Assembly: GCF_001194135.2 (NCBI RefSeq)
Contig: NC_068988.1
Location: 93,726,280 to 93,768,660 of the forward strand
Reading direction: 5' to 3'
Length of the DNA stretch: 42,381 bases
From: Octopus bimaculoides
Lineage: Eukaryota
Part shown: piece after piece, positions 1 to 12,470 of the stretch
Layout: the number at the start of each line of letters is the position of its first letter
Position numbering within the stretch: the stretch's first letter is position 1
The notes under the pieces: generated by a model
Told to the model about the DNA's origin: nothing
Seen by the model: only the letters and a program-made list of their open reading frames with translations
Database searches by the model: none
Translations under genes and position numbers: made by a program

Positions 1-100
<100 letters not shown>

Positions 101-440
101 GAGCACTCAGAGAGCGAAAACATCCGCCAAGACAACATCAACGTCCTCTGAACGATTAACCGGAGATGATTTTTAAAAATGAGAATATCTGAAATAAACT
201 CGACTGCTCTCACAAATGAGAATACTAAAAATGAACCCGACCGCTCTCAAAAATTAAGCATAAAAAAAAAAACAGGAAAAATAATCCAGAATCGTTGTCC
301 GGTACCGGATCGATCCCAAAATCTAATCAGTTCCTACCAGTTACGAGGCCAAACATCCCTGAAAGTTTCATCCGAATCCATCCAGCGGTTCTTGAGATAT
401 CTTGTCCACGGACAAAGAAAGAAACTCACAAACAAACAAA
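101..440 (+). mobile_element. Non-autonomous repeat, possibly DINE/HINE (Helentron-associated)-like
   Basis: Motif gaaagtttcatccgaatccatccagcggttcttgagatatc followed by an acaa/acgg microsatellite resembles DINE-1-type elements; family assignment is from memory only. Confidence 0.3.
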
Positions 441-880
441 CAACATCACAGAAACAAATAATTTGATCAAAGCAGCAAGTATTGTTGTAGCAGAAAACGT
501 GGGTGTCGATGTCAAGAAAAAGAAACATAACGGGAGTGACAAAAGGAAAGATCCATGGTGGAAAAGAAGAGTCCAGGCAGGGTTAGACATGCCCTCAAAG
601 GAAATCTCTGTGTTTGACAGAAAAGAGAAAGGGGAGCTTAAAAGAGAACAAAAATACAGGGCACTGAAAAGGAAGTATAATATTGAAAGAAAGGGCCTGA
701 AAGTAGTAGTGGAGGAACTGAAACAGCGCCTCATTGCAAAGAAAGCAGAGATGGTAAGATACGACCAAAGAATGAAGGGTTACCACCAGAATAGGTTATT
801 CAGAGCAGATCAGATAAAGAAATAAATGGAGAGTGTACAGATGAAAAGTTGATACTAGACAACATTGAAAGTCAAAGGTT
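440..880 (+). mobile_element. R4/Dong-clade non-LTR retrotransposon fragment (region upstream of RT)
   Basis: ITETNNLI...PWWKRR...EELKQRLIAK...RY...YHQNRLF.ADQ pattern typical of R4-clade ORFs. Confidence 0.75.
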
Positions 881-1319
881 TATGATTAAGATCTAAACTG
901 TTAATATATGAATGCGAAAGAGATAGTTGAATAACTGTAGACCTACTTTTGGGCCACCCCTGTATGTAATAAATAATATCCGTGCATTTTATAATGTTTC
1001 GTTACTCGTTTTTATCCTCCGTTCCGCGGAAAAATTGTCTAGCATGAAACCACTAAGCGGACCAAAAGAGGTTGGGGGACTGCAACCGTATATTACACGT
1101 GATTCGCAGGACAGGCAAGGGGTTAACTTTACACCTTACAAACTGCAGCAATTTCGTTTGTGACTGTGACAGAAATCAATACTTTCTTTGCATTGTCCTT
1201 GGAAACATTCTCGCTGCCTTCATCATAGAAATTAGCCAACAAACCGTCACAAACTCCCACGAAATACTCGCTTCTTCTTCGTTTACTATGATCAGGTTTT
1301 TACTATGTACGACTAACCA

Positions 1320-1350
<31 letters not shown>

Positions 1351-1495
1351 CAGTGTTCTTGTTGATGTTGTTAAGCTGAGAGAAAGAGCCTTTAGTTTGT
1401 TCATATTTTTGTTTTTTCTATTTTATTCTGCTTATATAAATTTCTTTCCTTTACACTCCTTGCTATTAAAGCTTTCGTTTGTAAACTGAGGCAAC

Positions 1496-1502
1496 GCACA
1501 CA

Positions 1503-1592
<90 letters not shown>
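1496..1592. repeat. (CA)n microsatellite
   Basis: Direct reading. Confidence 0.99.
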
Positions 1593-1594
<2 letters not shown>

Positions 1595-2261
1595 GTTTCT
1601 CATTGCTGTTACGGTAAACACGCCATCAATTTACAGTCTCGTACTTAGCGTATTTGTGGCTTTAAACACGGCAAACTTCAAACGAATTTCTAGCGTAGGG
1701 AATTGGTAGTGCCTTTTATTTTTGTTTTTATACCTTCTTCTTCTTCTTCTTCTTCTTCTTCTATAGGTCAACACGTTAAAGAAACAAATACATGCACCGC
1801 CCCCCCCCCTGCACTTACCTTTTCCTCTTTTATTTACATGTCTGCGCCGTAACAAAGCGATGCACGGTATTAACAGGCACGAAAGAAATGTAAACTCGAC
1901 GAAGATTGAACAGAAAGAACATTAAAACAACCGAACTACTAGGCGACAACTGTTCATTTCCGTGAAATTGTAACTTATGATATTTCATTAAGTATGTTAT
2001 CACGGTAATTTATTTCAGTCATCATAGTACTGATATATTGGTATTCGCAAAGGGAAAGAAAGAAAGAAAGAAAGGAAGGAAGATTCAAGGTATATGAGAA
2101 CCTTGTTGTTAATAGTTATCTCCATTCTCTAGATGGAAAGAACGCTTGTTGGAATGGGACACTCAGTGATGTGCTTCAAAGGTCTGGGTATATCTTGAAG
2201 TGAGTGGGAGATTAAAGAGTTTGGTGAGCACGATCCAGTTGGGAAGAGGAATATTTTGAAT

Positions 2262-2386
2262 AAGGCTTTGGTCAACCCGAAGCTATAGCAGAAGACACTT
2301 GACCAAGGTGCCACATAGAGGGACTGAACCTGGAACCATGTGGTTGAGAAGCAAGCTACTTACCACACAGCCATTCCTGCGCCTAT
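2262..2386 (-). mobile_element. tRNA-derived SINE head (family A, octopus OK/OR-like)
   Basis: Reverse complement ggctgtgtggtaag...ggttcagtccc...ccttggtcaagtgtcttc; the same family recurs at 4409-4835 and 6340-6440. Confidence 0.8.
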
Positions 2387-2435
2387 ATAATACATATATA
2401 TATATATTACATATGTAATGCATATATAATGCAAA

Positions 2436-2646
2436 AACGCCCTGGTCATATTGGTAATATGAAGGCGGGCGTTGTCGTGCAGCAGAAGAACTCCATGCTG
2501 ACGATTACGTCTTTTCTCTTGAATAGCCGTGTTGAGTCGTCCCATCTGTTCCGCGTTGACCGTTTGGCTCCGTTCAAGCAATTCGTAATGGATAATCCCT
2601 TCCCAGTCCCACCATATGCACAACATCGCTTTACGCGGATAAGCAC
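2436..2646 (-). mobile_element. Mariner transposase fragment
   Basis: KAMLCIWWDWEGIIHYELL...VLLLHDNARLH. Confidence 0.9.
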
Positions 2647-2723
2647 ACCAACATCGGTTATCAAGCGATGTTGGAGGGACAAACACAGACACACAAACAT
2701 ACACACACACGCACACACATACA

Positions 2724-2792
<69 letters not shown>

Positions 2793-3170
2793 NNNNNNNN
2801 NNNNNNNNNNNNNNNNNNNNNNNNNNNNNNNNNNNNNNNNNNNNNNNNNNNNNNNNNNNNNNNNNNNNNNNNNNNNNNNNNNNNNNNNNNNNNNNNNNNN
2901 NNNNNNNNNNNNNNNNNNNNNNNNNNNNNNNNNNNNNNNNNNNNNNNNNNNNNNNNNNNNNNNNNNNNNNNNNNNNNNNNNNNNNNNNNNNNNNNNNNNN
3001 NNNNNNNNNNNNNNNNNNNNNNNNNNNNNNNNNNNNNNNNNNNNNNNNNNNNNNNNNNNNNNNNNNNNNNNNNNNNNNNNNNNNNNNNNNNNNNNNNNNN
3101 NNNNNNNNNNNNNNNNNNNNNNNNNNNNNNNNNNNNNNNNNNNNNNNNNNNNNNNNNNNNNNNNNNNNNN

Positions 3171-3500
3171 CATACATACATACATACATACATACATACA
3201 CACACACACACGTACGTATGTACGTACGCACGTACATACACGCATACATATACACTTATACGAAGTGACATTTTGTGTGCCTATATACATACATACTTAA
3301 ATATATGTGTAACTGAACACATGCATACATACATACACACACATACATAGATACCGGCATAATTCTTACATACATACATACACACATACATGCATGCATA
3401 CGTACATACATACATACATACATACATACATACATACATGCATATATACATACATACATACATACATACATACATACATACATACCTGCATGCACGCATA
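3171..3500. repeat. Compound (CATA)n/(CA)n microsatellite
   Basis: Direct reading. Confidence 0.97.
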
Positions 3501-3577
3501 GATAGAAGACCGTCATTTCATTGCAGATAAACATCATCTCAAGAAGTGAAGTTACCCCAAAGCAACAGAAACAAATG

Positions 3578-3890
3578 AAGTGACGTGGCTGCGTGATTAG
3601 GGTGCTTGATTTGCTGCCACGTGGTTTTGGGGTCAATCCTACTGCGCGGCACTTGCGTAGCTGGAGGTGGTGTGCGGCAGGGGCGGTCCGCGCCGGGCGT
3701 CGCTTTTAAACGAACACCACTTTTGGGTCTGCTGTAGGCGATAAGTGTTTTTTGTGTGGTCCGGGGGCGACACACACTCTAGCAGCCCTGGTCGTGAGCG
3801 GCACTTTGGGCAGGTGCCTTCTACAATAGCCCCGTGTCGACCAATGCCTTGTGAGCGGATTTGGTCGACGGAAACTGAAAGAAGCACGTT
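3578..3890 (+). mobile_element. Family A SINE head interrupted by a 143-bp insertion
   Basis: Removing 3655-3806 restores ctgcgcggcactttgggcaggtgccttctacaatagcc, matching the intact copies. Confidence 0.8.
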
Positions 3891-4408
3891 GAATTTGTGT
3901 GCATGTGTGTGTGTGTGTGTATGTTGTGTCTGCGTGTGTGTTGTGTTGTGTGTGTGTGTATGTATATGTATATTNNNNNNNNNNNNNNNNNNNNNNNNNN
4001 NNNNNNNNNNNNNNNNNNNNNNNNNNNNNNNNNNNNNNNNNNNNNNNNNNNNNNNNNNNNNNNNNNNNNNNNNNNNNNNNNNNNNNNNNNNNNNNNNNNN
4101 NNNNNNNNNNNNNNNNNNNNNNNNNNNNNNNNNNNNNNNNNNNNNNNNNNNNNNNNNNNNNNNNNNNNNNNNNNNNNNNNNNNNNNNNNNNNNNNNNNNN
4201 NNNNNNNNNNNNNNNNNNNNNNNNNNNNNNNNNNNNNNNNNNNNNNNNNNNNNNNNNNNNNNNNNNNNNNNNNNNNNNNNNNNNNNNNNNNNNNNNNNNN
4301 NNNNNNNNNNNNNNNNNNNNNNNNNNNNNNNNNTAAGTTATGGGGTTGATTTGTTCGACTAAAACATTTCAAAGCGGAGTTACAGCATGGCTGCAATTCA
4401 ATGACTGA

Positions 4409-4835
4409 AGGCGTGGCTGTGTGGTAAGAAGGTTGCTTATCAACCACATGGTTCCTGGTTCAGTCCCACCGCATGGCACCTTGGGCATGTGTCTTCTACT
4501 ACAGCGTCGAGCCGACCAAAGCCTTGTGAGTAGATTTAGTAGACGGAAACTGAAAGAAGCCCGTCGTATATACATGTGTGTGTGTGCGTCTGTGTGTGTC
4601 TATGTGTGTGCGCGCGCGCGTGCGTATTTGTGTGTCTGTGTTTGTCTCCACCATCTCTTGACAACCGATGATGGTGTGTTTATGTCCCCGTAACTTAACG
4701 GTTCGACAAAAGAGATCGATAGAGTAAGTACTAGGCTTACAAAAGATAAGCCCTGTGGTCGAGTTGTTCGACTAAAGGCGGTGCTTCAGCATGGCCATAG
4801 TCAAAAGACTGAAACAAGTAAAAGAATAAAAGAAT
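4409..4835 (+). mobile_element. Near full-length family A SINE (tRNA head, internal GT microsatellite, cagcatggcc...gactgaaacaagtaaaaga tail)
   Basis: Pol III box-like motifs; pieces are repeated many times in the window. Confidence 0.85.
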
Positions 4836-5039
4836 ATATATATATAATTAAGATTCAGTTGAATTAGGTACTTAAATTGTGGCACCAAGCCAGTTCGGTA
4901 TAGTCCGCACAGCTCCAAGGTACGTATGTATGTACGTACGTACGTATGATTTTTTTAGTTCAGTTTAATGTGAGCCGGTTGCTATCAAAGCGACACGATT
5001 TTTTGAATTAAGATAGTTCCGGGTGTTTGAAATATGTGG

Positions 5040-6295
5040 TCGAGTTGATGTGCTGGTTGAACTGTCGATCCATACACCAAAGTGTGCGCATCTATTCACA
5101 TAAGAATCTCACATGGAGAATTTTTGGAATGTCTCACAGACCTTCACTGTGTCACTACTAGATTGGATTTAGGGAATCCGCGTCAATTCCTTTTGCTTCT
5201 TTTCCGTGAACTCGAGAATTTCTAAGATTTTGTGCAAATTTGTTCGTACATAACCTAATGCCTCTATGATGGGAATTCATAGTCAGGGTACACGAGCTGT
5301 AAGTTCCACATCAATTCGCCTTAAACGTTCTCTTTTTCCTGGGTCTGTTGATTGTCCATTCACATCTGCTGGACAGTTGACCTCTTCAACAGTGCATGTC
5401 CTTCGTTGCCTGACCCACAGAACAATATCAGGTCTGTTATGTTTGCACCGAATTGATGTTCTACTGGGATCTTTCACAAATATTCCTTGCTTTTAAGGTG
5501 TGAATACCTGCTGATTCTGACGTGCCTTTGATGTATGTGTTAGGGCTGTCTTTCCTGCGGATAGCATTGTAAATAGTCTTTGCAACTATATTATGCCTTA
5601 GGGGCAGATAGTATCTCGTAGACATTTTGGTGCAACTGCTGCTGATGTAGCTGATATTTTCCACTCTGGTATAACAAAGCCGCCATCTTTGTTTTTATCA
5701 CAACGTGGAGGTTTGGTGGTATCTTTGTCCCTCTTGTTTATCAGGGATTTAGTAACTATTTCCTGTTCTTGGATAGCGAAGGTATATATCTTTTTAGGAA
5801 GGATGTAATGCGTCTATTGCAGAGATCCAGGAGGGGCTCCCTGTCACCCTGTAGCTTACAGGATGTGTACACATGCATTGCTTTCTGTTGGTATGTTGCT
5901 TGCTTCTACTTCGAGTTTCCGTTTAGGTAGGCCATTGCAGCCTCCTTTGCGTTGCATGAAACGGTTGTATTCTCAGAATACTTGCTCAGTAGTTCTTCTC
6001 CAGCTCTGAAGATGTTGTTGCTCTCACTTTTATGTATACATGGAATGTACTCATTTCTTTCCTCGTTGTTCAGCAAGTATCGTCTCTGAGTGATACAATG
6101 CGACATTCAAACGCTGTTCAGACAGCTCTTATGCTTCTACCGCCATCACTTCATTTCACATACATCCTATCAATATCACTGTTGATGTGGAATTTGCTAG
6201 TTGTGGCCAGTACCTTTCTGGGTTTAATGTCCAGGCTGTGTATCTCGTCCAGTATCCCAAATGTTGGTACTAGCACTGATGCTACAAAACCAATG
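5040..6295 (-). mobile_element. Decayed R4/Dong-type LINE 3' region (post-RT, zinc knuckle, restriction-like endonuclease)
   Basis: IDRMYVKRSDGGR; HISSSC...RHNIVAK; HNRPDIVLW...EVNCPADVN; TVKVCETFQKF, with frameshifts. Confidence 0.85.
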
Positions 6296-6874
6296 TGAGA
6301 TATGGTCTTGTTAAATGCAAACAGCTCTGAATTCCATAGCCCTGAGGCTATAGTAGGAAACACTTGCCCAAGGTTCCACACAGTGGGACTGAACCTGGAA
6401 CCATGTGGTTGAGAAGCAAACTTTTTAGCCCGCGCCTACCTATGTATGTATGTGTGTGTGTGAGAGCTTGTATGTATGTATGTATGTATGTGCGTATGTA
6501 TGTGTGTATTATGTATGCGCGCGCGCGCGTCTAAGAAATTTAAAGAATATTTTCAAAACAAAATTCTACACGAAGCTAATTAACAGAAGAATCAGAAAAC
6601 TAAAAATGAAAAAAAAAACAAAATGATAATACAAAAAAAAAAGGCAATAATATGAAACAGCAACAGGACAACAAAACAAAAAAAAACAACAAAAAAAGTA
6701 CCCCGTATACGACGTATTTCTTTGTCCTCAACCGGTCCTCGACCAATTAAAGACGCATGTCGTACGTGTGCCATTAATTTCGTTATCAGGTTTGGCGACG
6801 GTTCCACGCGGGATGACTGAAAACTTAAACGATATGAAGACTTGATGTAGAATTAAATATAAAAACAACAACTG

Positions 6875-6877
<3 letters not shown>

Positions 6878-6907
<30 letters not shown>

Positions 6908-7020
6908 TGTATGTATATCCTATTTCGATGTAATAGCGAAATCGCACAGAGACAACATGCCCGACTTTAAGGTTGAGTTAGCAATGTTAATACCGATACG
7001 ATAGGATATGTGTATGTATG

Positions 7021-7058
<38 letters not shown>

Positions 7059-7067
7059 CATACACAC

Positions 7068-7098
<31 letters not shown>

Positions 7099-7131
7099 AT
7101 ATATATACATACATACATGCATACATACATG

Positions 7132-7165
<34 letters not shown>

Positions 7166-7234
7166 TGTGTGTGTAAGTATATATGTATGTTATATGTATA
7201 AATGTATATCTATGTATGCATGTACATATGCATG

Positions 7235-7265
<31 letters not shown>

Positions 7266-7550
7266 ATGCATGTAAATATATATGTATGTATGCATGTATG
7301 TATATATGTGTGTACACACACACACACACACACTCATACGCACTCACAAAGACTGACATGGAGACACACATGAATCGTACACGTGCACATATGTACGCAT
7401 TCATGGACATATCCAAGCCACACTATATAATATGCATTATCTGTCGCCATTTAGCTGAATCTCGATTTATCTGGATGATATATAATAAATATACGTATGC
7501 ACACATGCAAACACATATTCATGCACACACACACACACGTACACACACAT
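6878..7550. repeat. Compound AT/AC/TATG microsatellite tract
   Basis: Direct reading. Confidence 0.95.
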
Positions 7551-8289
7551 ATTAACCGTTATCTCTTAACTATGAAGTCATTAGATAAGAAGAAAAAAAA
7601 AACACTGATTTTAATTTAATTTTTTTTAGGTGGACAATAAACAAAGAAGAAAATAAAATAAACAACTTTTTCTTTTACTAAATTCTGCTGCATTTTTTAA
7701 TTCCTAATCTCATGGATTTCTTCTGCTATTGCTATCTGCCTGTGTGATAAGCTATTAACTGGCGAAAACGAACTTAGCGCTTCAGGCATGTTTGCACCAC
7801 ACCAAGAGTGAATGTACGACACATCATTCTTGTGTCACGAGGCGATGCTCAAATTCCTTCTTATCAATTAGACGTAATCACTAGCCTAAACTTAATAAAC
7901 ACAATTGAATTAGTGGGATCGAAGGCCAAGTGGTAGAAAAATGGAGAAAAAGTGAACGACAACGGCAAAGTGTATCTGATATCCTAATTTTTGTTAAGAT
8001 CTTTACTCTAATAAAAGATTGGTTCAATTACCTACCCCTCTCCTCGTGCAAGTCTGGGACTACCAACTTTCAGGGAGGTATTCTGCCTTTTTTTGTCTTC
8101 TCTATAGAATGGCTGAGCTGGAAGGCTAAACGCTCTGCTCTGAGTTCAATCCCAACCGAGGACAACTTTGCCTTCATCTTGCAGTATCAATAAAATAAGG
8201 TACTAGAGAAGAATTGGGGCCATGTTTATCAACTAACCCACTTCTCTAAAATTTCTGTCTTTTTTTGTTTTTTTTGTCAGTGTTAGAAA

Positions 8290-8851
8290 TGATTGGTTTC
8301 AACTTTTGACACAGGGCCAACAATTTTGGTGGCGGGAGCTGGTCGATTACATCGACCCCAGTGTTCAACTGGTCCCTTATTTTATCGACGTCGAAAGGCC
8401 GAAAGTCGAAGTCGACCTCGGCGACATTTGAACACTGAATGGAAAGTCGGAAGAAATACCGCCAAGCATTTTGTCCGGCGCGGTAACGGACGATTCTTCA
8501 TTCTTTTCTACTCTAGGCACAAGGACCGAAATTTTGGGGGAGTGGGGGCCAGTCGATTAGATCGACCCAGTACGCAACTGGTACTTAATTTATCGACCCC
8601 GAAAGGATGAAAGGCAGAGTCTACCTCGGTGGAATTTGAACTCAGAACGTAGCGGCAGACGAAATACCGCCAAGCATTTTACCCGGCGTGCTAGCGTTTC
8701 TTTTTCTACTCTAGGTACAAGGCCCGAAATTTTGGGGGAGTGGCGGGGCCAGTCGATTAGATCGCTTCCAGTATGCAACTGGTACTTTATTTATCGATCC
8801 CGAAAGGATGAAAGCAAAGTCGACCTCGGCGGAATTTGAACTCAGAACGTA
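8290..8851 (-). mobile_element. Three head-to-tail copies of a tRNA-derived SINE (family B, Deu/Nin-domain-like)
   Basis: Unit of about 200 bp containing (reverse complement) gagttcaaattcc..gaggtcgactttgcctttcatcctttcggggtcgataaattaagtaccag; runs into an N gap. Confidence 0.8.
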
Positions 8852-9743
8852 NNNNNNNNNNNNNNNNNNNNNNNNNNNNNNNNNNNNNNNNNNNNNNNNN
8901 NNNNNNNNNNNNNNNNNNNNNNNNNNNNNNNNNNNNNNNNNNNNNNNNNNNNNNNNNNNNNNNNNNNNNNNNNNNNNNNNNNNNNNNNNNNNNNNNNNNN
9001 NNNNNNNNNNNNNNNNNNNNNNNNNNNNNNNNNNNNNNNNNNNNNNNNNNNNNNNNNNNNNNNNNNNNNNNNNNNNNNNNNNNNNNNNNNNNNNNNNNNN
9101 NNNNNNNNNNNNNNNNNNNNNNNNNNNNNNNNNNNNNNNNNNNNNNNNNNNNNNNNNNNNNNNNNNNNNNNNNNNNNNNNNNNNNNNNNNNNNNNNNNNN
9201 NNNNNNNNNNNNNNNNNNNNNNNNNNNNNNNNNNNNNNNNNNNNNNNNNNNNNNNNNNNNNNNNNNNNNNNNNNNNNNNNNNNNNNNNNNNNNNNNNNNN
9301 NNNNNNNNNNNNNNNNNNNNNNNNNNNNNNNNNNNNNNNNNNNNNNNNNNNNNNNNNNNNNNNNNNNNNNNNNNNNNNNNNNNNNNNNNNNNNNNNNNNN
9401 NNNNNNNNNNNNNNNNNNNNNNNNNNNNNNNNNNNNNNNNNNNNNNNNNNNNNNNNNNNNNNNNNNNNNNNNNNNNNNNNNNNNNNNNNNNNNNNNNNNN
9501 NNNNNNNNNNNNNNNNNNNNNNNNNNNNNNNNNNNNNNNNNNNNNNNNNNNNNNNNNNNNNNNNNNNNNNNNNNNNNNNNNNNNNNNNNNNNNNNNNNNN
9601 NNNNNNNNNNNNNNNNNNNNNNNNNNNNNNNNNNNNNNNNNNNNNNNNNNNNNNNNNNNNNNNNNNNNNNNNNNNNNNNNNNNNNNNNNNNNNNNNNNNN
9701 NNNNNNNNNNNNNNNNNNNNNNNNNNNNNNNNNNNNNNNNNNN

Positions 9744-9784
<41 letters not shown>

Positions 9785-10559
9785 AAAATTAAGGAGAGGA
9801 GAAAACAAATTCAAAGGCCAATATATGTATTCATTCAATCCATATTAACGAAATTCTCCATGGTATACAAAGTACATAGATAGATGCATTCATCGATATG
9901 ATATATAAAATTTTCTGATACAAGCAAGCAAGTGATTAAACAACACATTGCTTGCATAACAAATTAACCTACGTATCACTATAATATTGTTATATTCCTG
10001 AAGCTCTATCGGAGCGCTAATCAGTTGAGCTGTATAAAGTGGATACCTATATCACTTATTTCTTCATTATATGTGTGTGTGTGTATGTGTGTAGTACAGT
10101 ATGTATATCAATATATCAATTTCGATATATATGAATGTTTTCCCTCAACTGGCCCTGCCCTCTTGAACGTAAAGCCAAAACACATAAGGGTAACGATTCG
10201 TGAAGGAATTGCGCCAACAAACTCCAACTAAATCCCCTTCGCTTGGATGTATCTCGGCAAACAATAATTCTTTATTAAAACTGACAATGATGGCCAAAAG
10301 TATGGCAGTAACATGATACATAATTAAGAGCCTTCATGGTGTTATTAGATAGCCATGGTTTGGTAGCTGGAACCCATCTGAGTATCTAAATATATTTATA
10401 TAAGCTATTTACTTCAAGCTCTTCTGCTACAGTCATCTCAATCGTATTAATGGAACCAAATGTAAAATAAAAGCTTGGCGAGACATTTGTCAGCGAAGTT
10501 GTCTGATTTGAAACCGTGAGTTGAAACTAAAAACGATTACAGCGTGAAAGACACAAATT

Positions 10560-10760
10560 GATTTCAAATTGTGACACAAGGCTAACAATTTCTGGGGCGG
10601 GTGGAGGTAAGTCGATTACATTGACCTCAGTGTTCAACTGGTACTTTATTTATCGACCCCGAAAGGATGAAAGGCAAAATCTACTTTAGCGGAATTTGAA
10701 CTCAAAACATGAAGACTTACTAAAGTGCCGCTAAGCATTTTTGCCCAGTGTGATAATCAT
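10560..10760 (-). mobile_element. Family B SINE copy
   Basis: Same core as 8290-8851; further copies near 8095-8250, 19250-19370, 25570-25710, 38945-39050 and 40690-40850. Confidence 0.75.
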
Positions 10761-11060
10761 TCTACGTGCTCACTACTGTATGAAAGCCACATAATAGCTA
10801 TTTAAAACACACACAAAGGCTGTTAATTTCACTTAATCATTTATTATTTGGTGTTAAAATTTTCGTCATACCGTTCATGACCTGGTGTTTTTTGTATGGT
10901 TACTCTGTGTGTTCGTCGCTGTTGTATGAAAAAAGATTTTCAAATGTACTTCAAGTATTTGTATTATGATTGTTTCAAAATCCGTTTTGATCCTGTCGTT
11001 ATCTTCCCCGTCTTTCTATGTGTTGGCAATTCTACAGAAGCTACAAAATTATTCCGTTCA

Positions 11061-11702
11061 TTAATGATCTGCGGTCCAAGTTCTATACGAAAAAGTTCTA
11101 CATGAAAGAGGAAAGTTAACCTTACTTAGAGTCTCACAGAAAAGTGTTGATTGTGGCACATTGTGAGGTATATGAAAACGATGGAACAGCATTGTCATAT
11201 AAGACGGTTTGCAAAACTTTCTTTCCAGTTGGGCCAAACAAATTTCTATAGTATTAACAACAGTTGAAGTTACGCAACACAGCACTAGTGTTTGCCATAG
11301 AGTGGAAGTTGGCGATATTACAGGATAAAGCAGAAGTTGGATGTACATTAAATACAAGGTTACAATGAATAGATTTTGAAAAAACAAACCATCGAGATGA
11401 AGCCGGTTAAATGCAATGACGACATATCCATAGAACGGTTGACAGAATGAACGATCGAACTGGTTGGCGACGGCGTCGCTCCAACTTACGCTTTCGGTAA
11501 CATCTTGTAACACTTTCTGTCGCGAACATACGTCTATAATGATTATTAGTAGAAGGCTTCCGAAACAAACAAAAGGTACCATTATAAAATAAACCTGCAG
11601 AATCTTTCGCAAATATTTTCGCCAAGTGGTGGACAATATTGAAGCGTAAGATAAAACTGAAGCAGTTTGAAAGAAAATTATTGCAACTAATAAGGTGTTC
11701 AT
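11061..11702 (-). CDS. Candidate gene: 213-aa multi-pass membrane protein of unknown family
   Basis: Long non-repetitive ORF in AT-rich DNA, caaaATG start context, 4-5 hydrophobic segments (about aa 3-23, 34-56, 105-129, 134-157); no TE motif recognised. Confidence 0.55.
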   Translation of the reverse strand: MNTLLVAIIFFQTASVLSYASILSTTWRKYLRKILQVYFIMVPFVCFGSLLLIIIIDVCSRQKVLQDVTESVSWSDAVANQFDRSFCQPFYGYVVIAFNRLHLDGLFFQNLFIVTLYLMYIQLLLYPVISPTSTLWQTLVLCCVTSTVVNTIEICLAQLERKFCKPSYMTMLFHRFHIPHNVPQSTLFCETLSKVNFPLSCRTFSYRTWTADH

Positions 11703-11924
11703 TTTGATTATAGTTTTATAGTTTTTATGACTTGCGTTTTCTCATCAACAGAAATTTGAATTTTCTATAAAACGCGAATAATGATAAAAGTATTTTAGGC
11801 CAAATAGAATCATAGCAGTACTATAGTGATGATACGGAGGTTAATTTGTTATGTAAGCAATGTGTTGTTTTATCACTCCCTTGCTTGTTTCAGTCATTGG
11901 ACTGTGGCCATGTGGGGGATGGAG

Positions 11925-12470
11925 GCGAAATTTTTTCCCCCGAGAGTTCCGGACCCCAGTAATGAACTCATTTACATACAACCAATCAGAGCTCACCTTG
12001 AACTTGTTGTCAAGTTAACAAACTCACTCTACCAAGTAAACTCAAGACGAAGAACGGTGTTGTAAGTCGACCGATCGCCAAGTTATGCCTGATTTTAGAA
12101 GGGATGGACAGTTTGGTGTGGATGGGAGATTATGCATCTATACCTATTATCGGATTTTGTTTAAGGCCGCCCCATATGGTAAAAATGTGGGCAGAGGGTT
12201 ATGTGCTAGCAACCCTCTCCCCTTATTGTTTTACAAAGTAAACAACAACACAAATAACTACGCAGAGGCAGCCATGGTTGAAACAAGAACAAGAACAACA
12301 AGCATTCTTGAAAGAGAAAAGAAGCATGGTCATTCCTTAAACAAGTGACCTTATCTTATCGCTCATCACTTGTTATACGCTCATAAATTAGTTTGATAGT
12401 TGAGCTCTGATTGGCTGTATGCAAATGAGTTCATAACTGGGGTCCGGAACTCTCGTGGGAAAAAATTCGC
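11925..12470. mobile_element. Non-autonomous TIR element (about 70-bp inverted termini)
   Basis: 11925-11995 and 12401-12470 are reverse complements with 4 substitutions and 1 indel. Confidence 0.8.

Noticed and set aside
295-825. 176-aa ORF as a host gene
   Set aside because: Chimera of a non-coding repeat and an R4/Dong LINE fragment.
6920-7555. Stacks of CV/HT/YI-repeat ORFs (also at 1401, 3256, 31373 and 42167)
   Set aside because: Translations of di- and tetranucleotide repeats.
2360-9848. Long ORFs containing X runs (also at 23896-24211, 31915-33051 and 35969-36685)
   Set aside because: Artefacts of reading through N gaps and microsatellites.
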